DNA of 64,000 nt from the human T2T-CHM13v2.0 reference genome, Homo sapiens (GCF_009914755.1 NC_060932.1), one strand, 5' to 3'; shown: positions 16,737 through 34,430, numbered from the stretch's first letter. Numbers and translations are program-made. Notes: generated from the sequence alone by a model not told the origin.

Positions 16737-18339
16737 CAGTGTTTCACTGATGGTTTTAGTCAAAGCAAGAAAAAGAAATAAATTATCTTAACATTGGAGA
16801 AGAAGAAATTGTTTACCAGAATATTCTGTCATTATTTATCAAAAATTACTGGATACAAAGTCAGTATTAAATAATCATTTTTAATATAACAAGTGGAAAA
16901 TTAAAACTTTAAACTTTCAGTTAAAACAGTATCAAATAATATTAAATATCTAAGAATAAATCTAATAAAGGACCTCTGCGTTAGAAACTATGAAATATTT
17001 CTGTGAGAAATATAAAAAAAGACAAAAATAAATGAGGTGGTATCCTATGTTCATGCAATAGAATATTCTACATATTTAAAGGTGTCTATTTGTTCCAAAC
17101 TGACCTACAGAGTCAATGCTAGTTTGATCGTAATCCAAATTGTTGTGTATGTATAAATTAACATTCTAAAATGTATAAGAAAATGTAAGGAATTAAATTA
17201 ACCAAAACAATCTCAAAGAAGGAGAAAATCTGATAGATTTACTCTACGTATAAAGTGATTATTTTTAAACCAAAAGTAAGTAATTTAGTGTGGTTGATTG
17301 AAGGATGAAGGATGAATTCAGTCTAACCAATACAAGAATAGAGAAAGAGATCAACAGAATGGCATAGAGTCCTGAAACAAATCTTTCATGTGTTTAGTAA
17401 CTGATTTACAACCAAGTTTCCATTACCAATCAGAGGGGAAAGGTGGTCTTTTCAAAATATGGAGCTGAGTCAACTGAATAGCTAAAATGTGAAATTTGAC
17501 CCCTCCCAACACCTTAGATTATAGATCAATACAATCAAAACAGATCATGATGTAAAAAGTAGAATCATCAGTCTTTTTGAAATAAAAAGGGGAATATCTT
17601 CATGATCTTGGGATAAGCAAATATTTTTTAAATGGGATAAAAAAATCACTATGAAATAAATTTTTTATTGTTTATTGAATTACAGTACTTAATATACTAG
17701 AGAGGAAAGCTACTGATTGGGAGCAGAGATTTACAATACATATATTTGTCAAAAAGCTTGTATCCAAGATATATAAATAATGCATACTAAACTATATGAA
17801 AAGGAAAAATGTACAGTTTTTTTTAAAAGGCAAGAGACTTAACCAAATACTTCACAAAAGAGGATAATAAAATCAGTGCTATATATATGAAGAGGTGCTC
17901 AACATCACTAGTAATCAAAGACAAGTTTAAAGCCACAAAAAGGATACAAAGACATACTCAGCACCAGATAGCTAAAATTAAAAATATAATTTCAAAGTTG
18001 CTGAGGTTTTAGACCATCTGACAGTCTTTTATATTGCTATTAAATGTCTGAATATGCATGTCTGCCATTTTGCAGTACCTGCTAAAGCTAATCATATGTG
18101 TACCCTTTGACTAAGCAATTATACCCTTGAGTACGTGTCCAACAAAAGCAGGTGCTTATGTCCACTTAAAGTCATGTAAAAATGTCCGCAGCAGGTTTAT
18201 TTATGATAGCCAAAAGCTGGAAAGAACCCAAAGCCCATTAGCAGGAGAATGAGCAAACAAATTACAAGATATTTATATAATGAATACAATTCTGCAATAA
18301 AAAAGAATAAATAACCAAGACAGTAAGAGAAGACCTAAG

Positions 18340-20370
<2,031 letters not shown>

Positions 20371-20483
20371 GCACTGGCCAGTACCCTGGTAATTTGTAAA
20401 GTTTCATTATAATTGAAAAATATCTTAAGAAGAATTTTCACTGAATTTTGCCAGTATTTCTTACTTGAAGAAGATTATTTCTA

Positions 20484-21567
20484 TGTTGCGGGAAGTCAGG
20501 GACCCCAAACAGAGGGACCGGCTGAAGCCACGGCAGAAGAACATAAATTGTGAAGATTTCATGGACATTTATTAGTTCCACAAATTAATACTTTTATAAT
20601 TTCTTACACCTGTCTTTATTGCAATCTCTGAACATAGACTGTGAAGATTTCATGGACATTTATCACTTCCCCAATCAATACTCTTATAATTTCCTATGCC
20701 TGTCTTTACTTTAATCTCTTAATCCCATCATCTTCATAACCTGAGGATGTATGTTGCCTCAGGACCCTGTGATGATTGTGTTATCTGTACAAATTGTTTG
20801 TAAAACCTGTGTGTTTGAACAATATGATATCTGGGCATCCTAAAAAAACAGGATAACAGTGATTTTCAGGGAACAAGGGAGGTAACCATAAGGTCTGACT
20901 GCCTGCAGAGCCGGGCAGAACACAGTCATATTTCTCTTCTTGGAAAAGTGAATAGGAGAAATATCACTGAATTCTGTTTCTCAGCAAGGAACAGCCCTGG
21001 GAAAAGAATGCATTCCCAGGGAGAGGTCTCCAAAATGGCCGCTCTAGAAGTGTCTGTCTTATGCAGTTGTAGATAAGGGATGAAATACACCCTGGTCCCC
21101 TGCAGTGCCCCCGGGCTTGCTAGGATTGGGAAATTCCAGCCTGGCGAAATTCTAGTCAGACCGGTTGTCTGCTCTCAAAGCCTGTTTCCTGTTAAGATGT
21201 TTATCAATGACAATGTGTGCACAGTGGGACATGAAACCTCATCAACAATTCTAATTTTGCCCTGGCCTTGTGATCTTGCTCTGCCCCTATTTGCCTTGTG
21301 AATTTTATTGCCTTTTGAAGCATGTGATCTCTGTGATCCACACCCTATTCATACACTCCCTCCCCTTTGAAAATCGCTAATAAAAACTTGCTGGTTTTGC
21401 AGCTCAGGGGCATCATGGAACCTGCTGACATGTGATGTCACCCCTGGAGACCCAGCTGTAAAATTTCTCTCTTTTGTGCTCTTTCTCTTTATTTCTGAGA
21501 CTGGTCGACACTTAGGAAAAATAGAAAAGAACCTACGTTGAAATACTGGGGGCTATTTCCCCGGATA
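20484..21567 (+). mobile_element. MER11 solo LTR (HERV-K11/HML-8)
   Basis: TGTTGCGGGAAGTCAGGGACCCC start, GGGGGCTATTTCCCCGGATA end, AATAAA near 21379; 6-bp TSD TTTCTA at 20478-20483 and 21568-21573. Confidence 0.93.
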
Positions 21568-23779
21568 TTTCTATGGAATAAACTCATTTATAAGTTTTTA
21601 AATAGTGACTTCTTAGTTTCTTTTTGAGAGTTAAGAAATATTCCATTGCTATGAAATACATTCAAATAGAAATGTCACTATTACACAAATGCATAAAATC
21701 CATAACAAAATTGAAACTAAATTCTCTGTACTCTCAGGCCAGTTATCTTTCCACTGAATCAAAATTGCCTTTTATTAAAAAAAACTTTTCATATGAAATA
21801 TGGGAAAAAGAACAAAAATTCATAATAATATTTTCTTTTGTGGTTGGCATTATGAATTATAATAATATGAGACATTTACTGAGCTCTACAATTTGTTCAA
21901 AACCCTACCAACACAACATTATCTCGTCTAATCATGAAGCACTGCTAAAGGTTGAAAGTGTAGGTAATTTGGGTCCATTACTTCCCTTTATTTTCTCTCC
22001 TGCTGCTTCTTTTTTTACTGATCACTGTATGACAAGAAAGAAAAAATAAAACCAAAATTGGTGAACTAGAAGTTGTATGAAAAACTTGGTTTCACAAGAG
22101 ATTGTCTAAAAATGAACATTTTAATAATATGTGCCAAATCTTGCTTTTACTACCAAGGTTTATGTGGTTTCCAGTAGAGATTTCAAAATATGAGAGGACA
22201 TGAAACAATATGAGGAATTTCAATTTCTGTTTTAAATAAAAGGGAAAATATGCTTTGCCAGGCTGTCTGAACATCCTGATTCAGTCACAGGAACATCTCC
22301 AGGGATACTGTCTGAAGCTAGCATAGAGAAAAACCTATTTAGTTCCCTTTTTGGTTCTTAACTTGGACATAAAAGTTTTCTACCCTGTGCTAGGATGGAA
22401 TTGAGCATCCCCACTGATGAAATTGACTCAGAGGTAGTCAAGAAACTGGGCAAATTGATAACAAAGGCTCTCTTTCTCTTTCTCTTCTATTTTTCCCTTT
22501 AATATTATTCCCTGAAAGGGATTTATTTTATGTTTCTCTCTTGCAGAAATCCTGGACTCACAGATCATTTACTCTTTGTAACAGCTATAGTTTCCACACC
22601 ACAGCATAACTCAGGACATTAAAGGTACTACAGACAACTCAATGTATGCAAACCACAATGACTAACCCTGGAACCCTGGAAAGAATGTACACAGTAGCAG
22701 GAGCCTACAGAAGACTGCAAGAAGATGGGGAAATGCAAAAATGAAATATAAAATGAAACAAAGTAAAATCTAAATGGATACCTGAGATGAGTAATGAAAT
22801 TTTCATTGCCATTTTTGGATTTACTCTCCTAACTAATCTCCAAGGTAATGCAAACTAAGTTAGAAGAAAGCTTTTCTGAGTCAATCGGGGTCCCAAGAAG
22901 CAAACTGAAGGCCCACTGTGTGTAGGCACTGGTTTTCTGCACCACACCCTGGCTCACTGCCTTCTCCAAGCCCTCCAAAGACTGTTAGTTTAGGCATCTA
23001 GGAGAAAACATTTCAGAACTTGTATGTCCCAACATCATGCTATTTGAAATATCACTTTTCTCAGAAAAAGTCTTGGAAGGAGATCTGATTTAACCAGATA
23101 GGTACTGGGTTAGTGACACAATATGTAGTGTTACTTCTTCCAATGAAGAAGAAATGTGTCTGGTGTTCAGAATACACACTTAGGCTAATATTCAGGCTCT
23201 GCCACATGCTATCTTTGTGGAGATGGTGGTTAGTAATATGTATGTTGTAACCCATACACAGTACAATGACAAGTTCCTTAATCTCTCTCTACGAAATGTT
23301 TATATGCTGTCACTGCATAAATTAGTATGAAACAGCCTCCAATAAACATTTCCCATCTGAGGGCTCTCTGATTTTTGGTTGAGGATCATAGGCCATTATT
23401 CTATTAATACTTGGATAGTTTCTAGGGCTTCATAACTCAAAAAAAAGAAAAAACAAAATTTCAAACCAAGATAGGATATTTTGCAAATAAGCAGACATCT
23501 TACGTCATTCTCTTTGCTTCTGTATTCCTTGACAAATAAGATAATTATTAATTTGTTGGTATATAGCCTTAAGTTACCTGCTTTCTCTACTTAGCAGGAA
23601 GATTGCATTTAGTGGAACTTTCCGAAGAATTTCATACTTTCAAATTGTTCATTTTTCTTGATTTTTCTCCACCCTAATATTCTTAACTTTCTTAATATTC
23701 TTATGTCTCTGTTTATCTCCTTGCAAATTCTAAGTCTCCATCATGATTTCTTTTTGTTCTCTCACTTCTTTAAAAAAAA

Positions 23780-24400
23780 TTAGCTTCCTTCACTGGTCAT
23801 CCTCAAGGTTTGTCGTCAACCATTTTCCATTCTCACTCTACCAGATTCCTCTCAATCTTTTTGAGTCATGAGCTTCTTTCAAAAATCTGTTGAAATGATG
23901 AACTCTTTCAGAGAAGTGTGAGGACTGGGGGGTAGGGGGCATATTCACAAATTTTACATATCATTTCGAGGGACTTATTGATCTCCCTGCTTTATGACTG
24001 CTGATAGACAAACACCTGCTCTCCAACTTCAGTATCTAATCTGTGTTGATTGTCCCAAATCTTCATTTTTAATTCCCAGTCTCTATCCAGTACTCAAGAC
24101 TCATATGTACAACTAACTAGTAAATGTGTCCATTTGAAAATTCCATAAGCACCTCAAACTCAACATGCCTAAACTAAACATATCTTCTTCCCATCTAAAT
24201 CTTGTATTCTCTGCCTTGTTGTCTGACAGAGTAAATATCACCATCCACTGAAGTATCTAAGGTTAAAATCTTGGTCACCCTAGACTTTTCCTTCTCCCTC
24301 ATTTTCTACAATTATTCACTAAGTTCTACAAATCTGAAAATTTTTTTTTGCAATTGTCATTGATCAGATCCCAATAACTTCTTGCCCATATTAGTGACAC
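23780..24400 (+). mobile_element. L2 fragments
   Basis: AGCACCTCAAACTCAACATG...CACCATCCAC typical L2 motif; boundaries approximate. Confidence 0.55.
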
Positions 24401-24656
24401 AGACTAAAATCATGTTTAATTACATAATTAATAAAAAAACTTTCTCCTTGTAAAAAATTCAAATAATATAAAAGTACAAATGGTGAATTTTCTCTTTCCA
24501 TAGCACATCCTAATTCTCTCCTTGCACATATATATCCACTGTTAAGCATTTGGTGTATATCCCTTTAGTTCTTGTTCCTTTATATTTGCATACATGTATA
24601 TGTATGGATGATAAGACATAAGTTTTGAGTATTTCTTTACACAAATGGGAACATGC

Positions 24657-25022
24657 TGTATTAGTTTGTTTTCGCACTGCTGATAAAGACATTCCCAAGA
24701 CTGGGCAATTTACACAAGAAAGAGATTTATTGGACTTACAGTTCCACTTGGCTGGGGAGGCCTCACAATCATGGTGGAAGGCAAGGAGGAACAAGTCACA
24801 TCTTTCATGGATGCCAGCAGGCAAAGAGAGAGCTTGTGCAGTTAAACTCCTGTTTTTAAAACCATCATATCTCGTAAGACCCATTCACTATCACAAGTAC
24901 AGCACAGGAAAGACCTGCCCCCATGATGCAGTCATCTCCCACCTGGTCCCTGCCACAACACATGGGAATTATGGGAGCTATAAGATGAGATTTGGGTGGG
25001 GACACAGAGTCAAACCATATTA
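24657..25022 (-). mobile_element. THE1C-like MaLR solo LTR nested in an old antisense L1ME relic (~24410-25290)
   Basis: TGTATTAG...GAGATTTGGGTGGGGACACAGAGTCAAACCATATTA; 5-bp TSD CATGC/CTTGC. Confidence 0.9.
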
Positions 25023-25613
25023 CTTGCTTTACATAATAGTCTCTCACTTAATCTTTTTCACTTAATAAAAGATTTGGAGAGATTTCTATTTAAGTATGTG
25101 AATATATGTTACATTTTTAATGGCTACTTAGTATTTCATTATAAAGATGTAGACTATATGATTTAATCATTGCCTTTTGATGAGAATGTAGCTTGTTTCC
25201 TGTTTTTATTATGCCCCACTATCATCCTTGTGCACGTGTGAGTATACTTTCAAAGGTGAGATTCCTAGCAGTGGATATTAGAGACTCCTATCTGCCCTCC
25301 CTACCTCTAGTCTCAATCCTCTTCAATCCTCCTTCACTTATTCACCAACAATCAACAACTATCTGAGCATCTACTGTTATCAGGCCCCATGCTGGGCATT
25401 TGGTAATAAAAAAAACCGGTTGACACAGCTCTTGCTTCCAGGGAGTTCAAAATAAAATGGAGGAGAGACAAACAGATGCAGTATAATAGTGCAGTATTAT
25501 ATACATATATAGGTATATCTATATACCTATATATATAGTATATAATATATGTAATATATACAGTGCAGTATAAAGTGCAGTATAATAAGGTTGAAATAGA
25601 AATGTGTACAAGG

Positions 25614-25924
<311 letters not shown>

Positions 25925-25975
25925 AGAAATGTGTACAAGGTACTCTCTCAGAGAACAGTTTTTAGAAATCACCTC

Positions 25976-26281
<306 letters not shown>

Positions 26282-26794
26282 TCATTCTGAGAGCAATCAG
26301 GAAGTAAGAGAGATGAATGGAAAGTTTCCTAGACACCTCTTGAAGATTGGAATTGGCTTGGTGCAGAAATGATGGGACTTTCCAACAGAAGGAAAAGCCT
26401 ATGATTTATTGATTGGGTATCAATGTGTGTCATGCTCTGTTCTAGGCACAGAATTACAGGCGTGAACAACACAGAAAAGGTTCCACTTTCATGCAGCTTT
26501 CTTTCTACTGGGGGGAAGGAGATTAATTCAAACATAAACAAGAAAGTGTATGATACAAATTCAAATTATGATAAGTTGTTAGGGGAAAACTATTAAGAGA
26601 CAGAGTCAGTAAAGGCTTTTTTTCAGAAGGTTACATTTGCCTTGAGACCTGAGTTGTAAGGGCCATCACAACAAAATCTTGGAGAAGAGGGGCTAAGCAG
26701 AGGGAACAACATGTGCAAAGATGCTGAAGAAGGAATGGGCCAGACATATTACAGTAATGAGAAGGTCAGTTGTAAAGTTAACAGGGAGATTGGT

Positions 26795-27151
26795 GGCTAT
26801 GGACTAAATGTTTATGTCCCTTCAAAATTCATATGTAGAAACCAAATCTCCAGTGTGATGGTGTGTAAAGATGGGATTTTTGCGAGTTAATTAGATCATA
26901 AGGGTGGAACCTCCATGATGGGATTAGTGTTCTTATAATAAAAGACACACAAGACAGCATGCTTTCTCTCCCTAGCCCATGTTAGAATACAAGCAACCAT
27001 CTGTGAACCAACAGGAGGACACTCACTGACAACCTGACCATGCTAGCACCATGACGTCAAAATTCCAGCCTGCAGAATTGTGAGAAATAAATATTTGTTG
27101 TTTAAGCCACCCAGTCTATGGTATTTGGTTATCGCAGCCCAGACTAAGATG
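26795..27151 (+). mobile_element. MLT1A-type MaLR LTR (within antisense L2 relics ~25350-27200)
   Basis: GCTATGGACTAAATGTTTATGTCCC...AAGCCACCCAGTCTATGGTATTT...GACTAAGA. Confidence 0.85.
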
Positions 27152-27907
27152 GTGCTACATTCAGGAACTGCAAGCATTTATGTGTGGCTAGAACCATAGC
27201 CTGGCAGAGAGAACCCTTCATGACCCTGTTTCCACCCTGGCTCCACCTCTGCCCACTCTTCACATGATCCTTAAGCTCCAAACACATAGCATATTTTTAG
27301 TTAAATAAAACATTACCTTTTCTCTTGCCTTTGCTCATTCTGTTTCCACTGCCTGGAATGACCTTCCTTGCCTTGCTAACTCCAATTTTCCCTTCCTGGC
27401 TTAGCTCAGGCAGCTGGAATCCTTCCCCAGTCCTCCCTGGCTGTGTTAGTAAGCAACCCTCTCTACAGCAGAGTAGCTTGTGCATAAATAACTCTTGTGG
27501 TTAATTGTGTTTCCCTGAAGGCAGGGCTTGTTTAACTTGCACTTGTGTCCATAGAGTTGGCACAGAACCTGACACTCAGTGGATGAGTCTGCTGATTGGG
27601 GTTGGCACCTGGCCTATCTCCCAATGGCTTTACTTCCTCTAGTTCATCTGAGTTATGAGTCCTATCTCACAATCTTTCCTGTAGATATCCAAGGAGTCTC
27701 TTTATTTTTCCTGTCTCTGATCATAGCAACAATTTAGCAGAAGTTCTTTGAGTGTCTCAACACACATTATGCTTTGAGAATTATATGTATATATTATAGG
27801 ATTAATGCCTTCTGAATATGCAACTTCTCTAAGCTTGCAAGCCTTAGTTTTTGTATTTCTTTTCTTTTTCTTTCATTTTGCACTTTTAAGAAAGATAATA
27901 AAAACAA

Positions 27908-28200
27908 CTTTGTTTTTAAATTTTTTGAATGACAATAATTGCATATATTTATAGGGTACAATGTGTTTTTATACATGTACACATTTTGGGATAATTAAAT
28001 CAAGCTAAGTGACATAGACATCACCTCACATACTTATCATTTTTTTGTGGTGACTACATTTAAAATGTACTCCCTTGGCAATTTTTCAGCATACAATACA
28101 TTATTATTAACTCCAGTCACCATGCCATGCAGTAGATCTCAAATACTTACCCTCTTGTCTACGTGACCAACATCCCTCCATTCCCCACTACCCTCCAGCC
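27908..28200 (-). mobile_element. L1MA8/9-like 3' end fragment
   Basis: ATCACCTCACATACTTATCATTTTTTTGTGGTGA...TATTATTAACTCCAGTCACCATG. Confidence 0.75.
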
Positions 28201-29475
28201 CAAATAATCTTCCTTGTGTTTTCATGTATTATGTGCCAGCCCACTGGCTAAGTCTTTGCCTGTTACCTTATTGAATCCTCAAAGCACCACTAAGAAGTAG
28301 TTGTCTCCAACATATAAATAGGAACCTGAGGTTCAAACAAATAAAAAAGCTTAGTTACAATTGGGACCCAGGTCAGTCTGATTGCCTCCTGCAGTGACAA
28401 AACAAGGAGCTATGTCTGAAGTCAGAACGTCTCTTTATTTTTGTTTTAAAAAAATCTTAATTTAGTACTTGTAAAATGAGAACATTAACACAAATAATAA
28501 ACACAATCTTGAGCAAAATTTTCCAAGATTGAATCATTGAAAAACTAGGGAGATTTGGAAAAGAATAGAATTGACATTATGTAAAAGCAAATTAATTTTC
28601 CTATCTCAAAATTTTATCTGTAAATACAAACCAGAGCTAAATGCCAAACTGAGCAACAAACCATTACAGACCAAAATAATATTTTTTTCCTATAACTCAC
28701 AATAAAATGTAAACATGACTATAAATACTGCTCATCATGAGGGCTTATGGATTCTTTATTACACGTGGGAGGAGCAGTCATCTTGATAAATGTCTAGAGT
28801 TGGATTCCACTTGAGAAGTACTTCTTGTTCTAGAAAAAAAAATCATCTTCACATTGTTACTATTTTTTGATCCTAAGTAACACTGTAAAGAGAGTATCTT
28901 ACAATTTGTTCCATTCAAAATCTCCTCTGAGAGATTTTGAGCAACACATGCCATTGCTCAAGAATTTCAACATTACTTAAAGTATCCATGGAGGATTCTT
29001 CATTTTGCAAAATGCATTTCAATTTCACAAATCTTTTTGAAGTACACAAAGCCTGTCTCAAACACAAAGTCAAGCAAACCATGACCTCTGTTCTCCAACT
29101 AGACTCTAGAAACTTAGAGTTTTATTAAAGATCACTACCAAAGGAGCTGAATGTGATTTGAATACTCTGTATAAAATTTGGCCACATATTTATTATAAGT
29201 TGTTTCTTTTATAGGGCCATTTTTCTGAGGCCCTTAAGGAAAAACATTTGGCACTTACGAAATAAGACCAAGTTGCTATAAAGACAATATCCCAAGACTA
29301 TTTGGAAGTTTAGTTTCAACTATTTATCACATTATGTTTTTTTTTCTCTCAGGCTAAAGGAATATATTATATGATCTCAATTACTTAAATACATTCAGTT
29401 ATGTGTCAGAAAAATAATTGAGGAAATACCTCCCAAATACTACCAAAGTTATTTATTTGTACTGATACTATAGAC

Positions 29476-29827
<352 letters not shown>

Positions 29828-29992
29828 TAATAACAAACACTAATAATAAGATTAAGAATCTGTCTTCCAAAATATGGCATAATAATTAAAAGCTAAGACT
29901 TCAGAGACAGGCAAACCGAAGTTTTAATTCTGTCTTTGCAAATTAATAGTTGTGTGATCTTCAGCAATTTACTTCACTTTTCTAACCTTCAT

Positions 29993-30335
<343 letters not shown>

Positions 30336-31777
30336 TAAATAACATCTAGAGTAGAGTTATTATGAAAGTTAGATGAGATTATCTGGGTGACAGGCTAAGA
30401 GATACTGAATGGAAATTATTAAAATTCTCCCATTCTTTGCCATTCAAAGTGTCTGAGTTCTAAAGAAGATCTTTTGGATTTGTTGATTACTGTCACAAAG
30501 ACACAAATTATATTCCAAACAGGACAGTTTTGAGAATAAAACAGGACACTAAGATCAATAAAATTATACAATTTTAAATATATATAGACTGGCAAATGGG
30601 TTTAAATACAACTATGTTGTAGGCTAGTAAGAATAATAAACCAATTTTCAAAAATAAGTTCTTTCTAAAATAAAATACTATATAAGATAATACAAAATTT
30701 AAAAAAACTTGTAGTTGATTATCTGACTAATAGAATACAAGCAGAAAAATTATTTTGCATAGATAAGGCTCATTCACTTTAATCAGTTTCTTAGCTGTAT
30801 CCATTTTTAATATTGCTTCTGTTATTCTGATTATATTTTTATCCCTATTATAGAATTGTATTATTTTTAATTGCCTTCAATCTTCTTTAAACTTGCATTT
30901 TAGGATTAATAAATTTGATATTCTGATGGCTTCAATTGGCTCATCTCTGTAAAACATGAAGTTTTGACTGAGAAAAAAAATAAACTTCCTCTCTTAGTGC
31001 TCTGCTACCTACTAAGCTCAGAAAAATTCTGCTTAATAGGGAAAATGATCTGTTCTATATTTTTAATGTGTAATACTTTAGCCAAAATATTTCCATAGAT
31101 ACTACCTTTTTGCCTTTATTTAGAGTATCTTTATTCAATAAATATTCATACAGGATAAAACTTCTCAAGTAATTTGTCACTATTTACAATACTTTTGAAC
31201 ATTTCACAAAACTTATATGATGTAAAATCATAGAGCTTCTCAATTTCACTCTATTTATGCAAAATATACATATATCCAATTAAAATAGAAGCTCTATCAA
31301 AAGATTATTTCCATAAGTTGTGATGCTTGAAAGTATAGGCTTTGAATTTCAAAAAATAAATCTCTTACATTGAGCTCAAAAAATTAATTTATTCAGGTCC
31401 TCTCTTGCTATGGAAGAATAAATTTCAATGTCTCCCTGCTTGCAAGTTTTGTTTTCAATGATTACAAAATACTAAAAGCTTCAAACACTGGAATTTTTGG
31501 CAGTCCATTTGTGAACATATTGATTTAAATTTTCTAATTTTGAACACAATGCAGTTTAGAGGAGTCATTCAAAATAAGTTCAATATCACTGTAGAACACT
31601 TAAGTTAATTTGCAAAGTAGCTATTCAGAGATTCAAACACTTTTGAAATGTGATTGACATCGAGTACAAAGGGAGACTACTATAAGTGGGGCTATTATAA
31701 TACTGCTTGTAGTGGATATGTTTCTTCTTTTTAATTGCAATTTCAACACAGCTCATTTGGATGTTGAAGAATTGGGG

Positions 31778-31990
31778 CAGGCTTTGGCAAACTATAGTCC
31801 TCTGGCTAAATCTGAAATGTTTCCTGTTTCAGTAAATAGTTTTATTGGAACACAGCCATGCTCTTTTGTTTATGAATTGTCTATGGCTGCTGTTGCACCA
31901 AACAGTAGTTGCAACAAAGACCATATGCCCAGCAAAGCCTGAAATGTTTTCTATCTGGACCTTTACAAGACACAAATTTGCCAACTTCTG
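31778..31990 (+). mobile_element. MER58A hAT-Charlie MITE
   Basis: terminal inverted repeats CAGGCTTTGGCAAACT / AATTTGCCAACTTCTG; internal GTTTTATTGGAACACAGCCATG. Confidence 0.85.
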
Positions 31991-32294
31991 AATTAAGAAT
32001 ACACTACAACAAATTCCAAGTATATTTCTGTGTCATGCATTTTTTATTATAATGGAGTGATAATATCATTTTTGCAATGATACTGTGATCCACCAACATT
32101 TATATTCATATTTCTCCATTGAAACAAATAACGTTATCTTTAATGGGGAATTTCTTAACTGAATTTGCACTAGCATTCACAACTTAATGGAATAAACTCT
32201 CAAAAGTTTTACTTTGATTCCATGAAATGAATGAAAAAGGATAACCAGTTATTGGAACTAACTGATTTTCCACTTAGTAAAGCAGTTGATAACT

Positions 32295-32666
32295 GTTCAT
32301 GGAAGCAGACCCAGGCAATTTCAATGAGTGGAATGTTTACTAAAGAGTATTCTTGAAATCAACTCCTGCGGAAGAGAAAAAGAAGCAGGATTGGACAGAT
32401 GGAGAAGTCAAGCTGTCCCAAAGACAACCATTCCCAACTCCATCAGACTTATTCTGCCTTGGGCCAACATGGCTGAACCTTTCAACTTCTGCTTGATTAG
32501 TCATTCCCGAAGGAGTGTGACCTTGCCAAGGCAGCTCTCTGCAGCTGAGGCAATCCCTGAAGGGACTGACAGGTGTAAGCTGTCTGCCAGCGGCCCTTTT
32601 AGTAACTGAATCAACAAGTCCTTCCCTGAAGTGGGACCCAGAAGGTACATCACCATGTCTACTGCA
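32295..32666 (-). mobile_element. LTR16-type ERVL LTR (3' LTR)
   Basis: GAAGCAGGATTGGACAG, TGACCTTGCCAAGGCAGCTCTCTGCAGCTGAGG and CACCATGTCTACTGCA; adjacent polypurine tract AGGGGTGGAC on the minus strand (32667-32676). Confidence 0.7.
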
Positions 32667-32788
32667 GTCCACCCCTAGCACCATGCTGATTCACTTCTTC
32701 ATATATGTTTAGGGAGCAACTCCTTCAAGATTCTGGTGGGCCTGTCTTCCTAAGGGAAACTTAGAAGTGGAAGGTTAATGATATGAAC

Positions 32789-33098
<310 letters not shown>

Positions 33099-33624
33099 CA
33101 ATGATATGAACTTTAATTCTTCCAGCTGAAGCTGATCTAAGTTTCTTTGTCTTCCTTCTCTTATTCATTCCAAATTTCCCTCACCCTCAGATAGCACCTC
33201 TGTTGATCCTGGCTGGTCACAATGTTTCTTTACAGGCTGAGATTGCCTGAGAATTGTGAATTTTCTATCAAAATTGGGCAAAGGGGGTCCAAGCAGTGCC
33301 CAAACAGGTCATCGAGGTGTTAATAATATTCTGCCATTGTTTAACAGCAGCCCTTCCTCCTGTTGATCAGAATCAATTATCCTCACCAACATGGTGACTT
33401 TTCTTCTTGTTTCATGACCCCTGGGTACAAAGGGACCTGAAATTCCCTGAGGTTAATTATAGCTTTTCTTTGTTATCTCGAAGAAGCATTCTCCCTTAAG
33501 GAACCAGGACATATAGGCTTAAAGAGCCCAGAGTTCTGGGGGCAGAAGGCACAAATTCTCCAAGATGTTCACTGTAGTAGTAAGTAAGGCTACTCCTGCT
33601 TCTACCCCTAGATTCATGGACCAA

Positions 33625-33626
<2 letters not shown>

Positions 33627-33658
<32 letters not shown>
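33627..33658. repeat. T32 homopolymer
   Basis: read directly. Confidence 0.97.
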
Positions 33659-33660
<2 letters not shown>

Positions 33661-34270
33661 GTGAAGACATAGTTCCATGTAAAGGTCTTTGATTCAAGCT
33701 ATATATAGTGACCTGTAGGATGGTGCTCCATCCTCATAAAATTATCACCTCCGAGCTGGTACTTAAGCTATGCTTCTAAAATACTGTTTCCAAAACTCTT
33801 ATCAGGTGGCAGTTTCTGGATGCTATGGTGTGTGATATGACCAGTGAATTCTGTGGTCATGGGCCTACTTCCATATATCCTTTTCTCTGAAACGAGTCCC
33901 TATTCTGATGAGATCCTGTGCTGGTGAAATCAGACATGCCATACACCTCCAGAGAGTAGTGTCGGCTGAAGTTCTGTGGGTTGAATTGGCAAACCTATAC
34001 AGACAGAGTATGTCTATCTTTGCTTGAATAAATTACTGGCCCTTCCAAGGTGGAAAGAGCTCAACATAGTCCCCTTGCCACCAAGTGGCCAGTTGGACTA
34101 CTTGAGGGATAATGCCATATGATATGGTTTATCTCTGTTGCCAGCAGGTTAGAAACACAGCAGTAGTAACCAGATGGGCCTTGATAAGTGAGATTCCGTG
34201 TTGTTCGGCTGATGGATAGCCAACATGAATAATCCATTTCTGTAGTCAGTGACAGAGCCTGACTGACATC

Positions 34271-34430
34271 CACGGACTAGAGTGAGACCAGCAAGGTGCC
34301 TAGGGCACAAACTTTAAGGAAGTACTCACTCTAGGGTTGTGCACATGCAGGGTCAGCACCTAAGAGTGAGAGCCTCCTTAAATTTTTACACCCTAAGTGC
34401 TTCACTTGTCCTAATGCTAGTTTCAGCCCT
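34271..34430. mobile_element. MER96 palindromic hAT MITE
   Basis: long imperfect inverted arms CTAGGGCACAAACTTTAAGGAAGTACTCACTCT ... AGAGTGAGAGCCTCCTTAAATTTTTACACCCTAAG; ends CAGCCCTG. Confidence 0.8.

Noticed and set aside
20538-20720. Direct repeats as a CRISPR-like array
   Set aside because: Only two diverged units inside a MER11 LTR, no unique spacers, eukaryotic context
22520-22600. Strong plus-strand acceptors (22546; also 29352, 42250, 42540, 57495) as host gene exons
   Set aside because: No convincing paired donors or coding frame; such motifs are frequent in AT-rich DNA
25478-25590. Repeated GTGCAGTATA motifs around a TA-rich tract
   Set aside because: Consistent with local slippage in low-complexity sequence within an L2 relic
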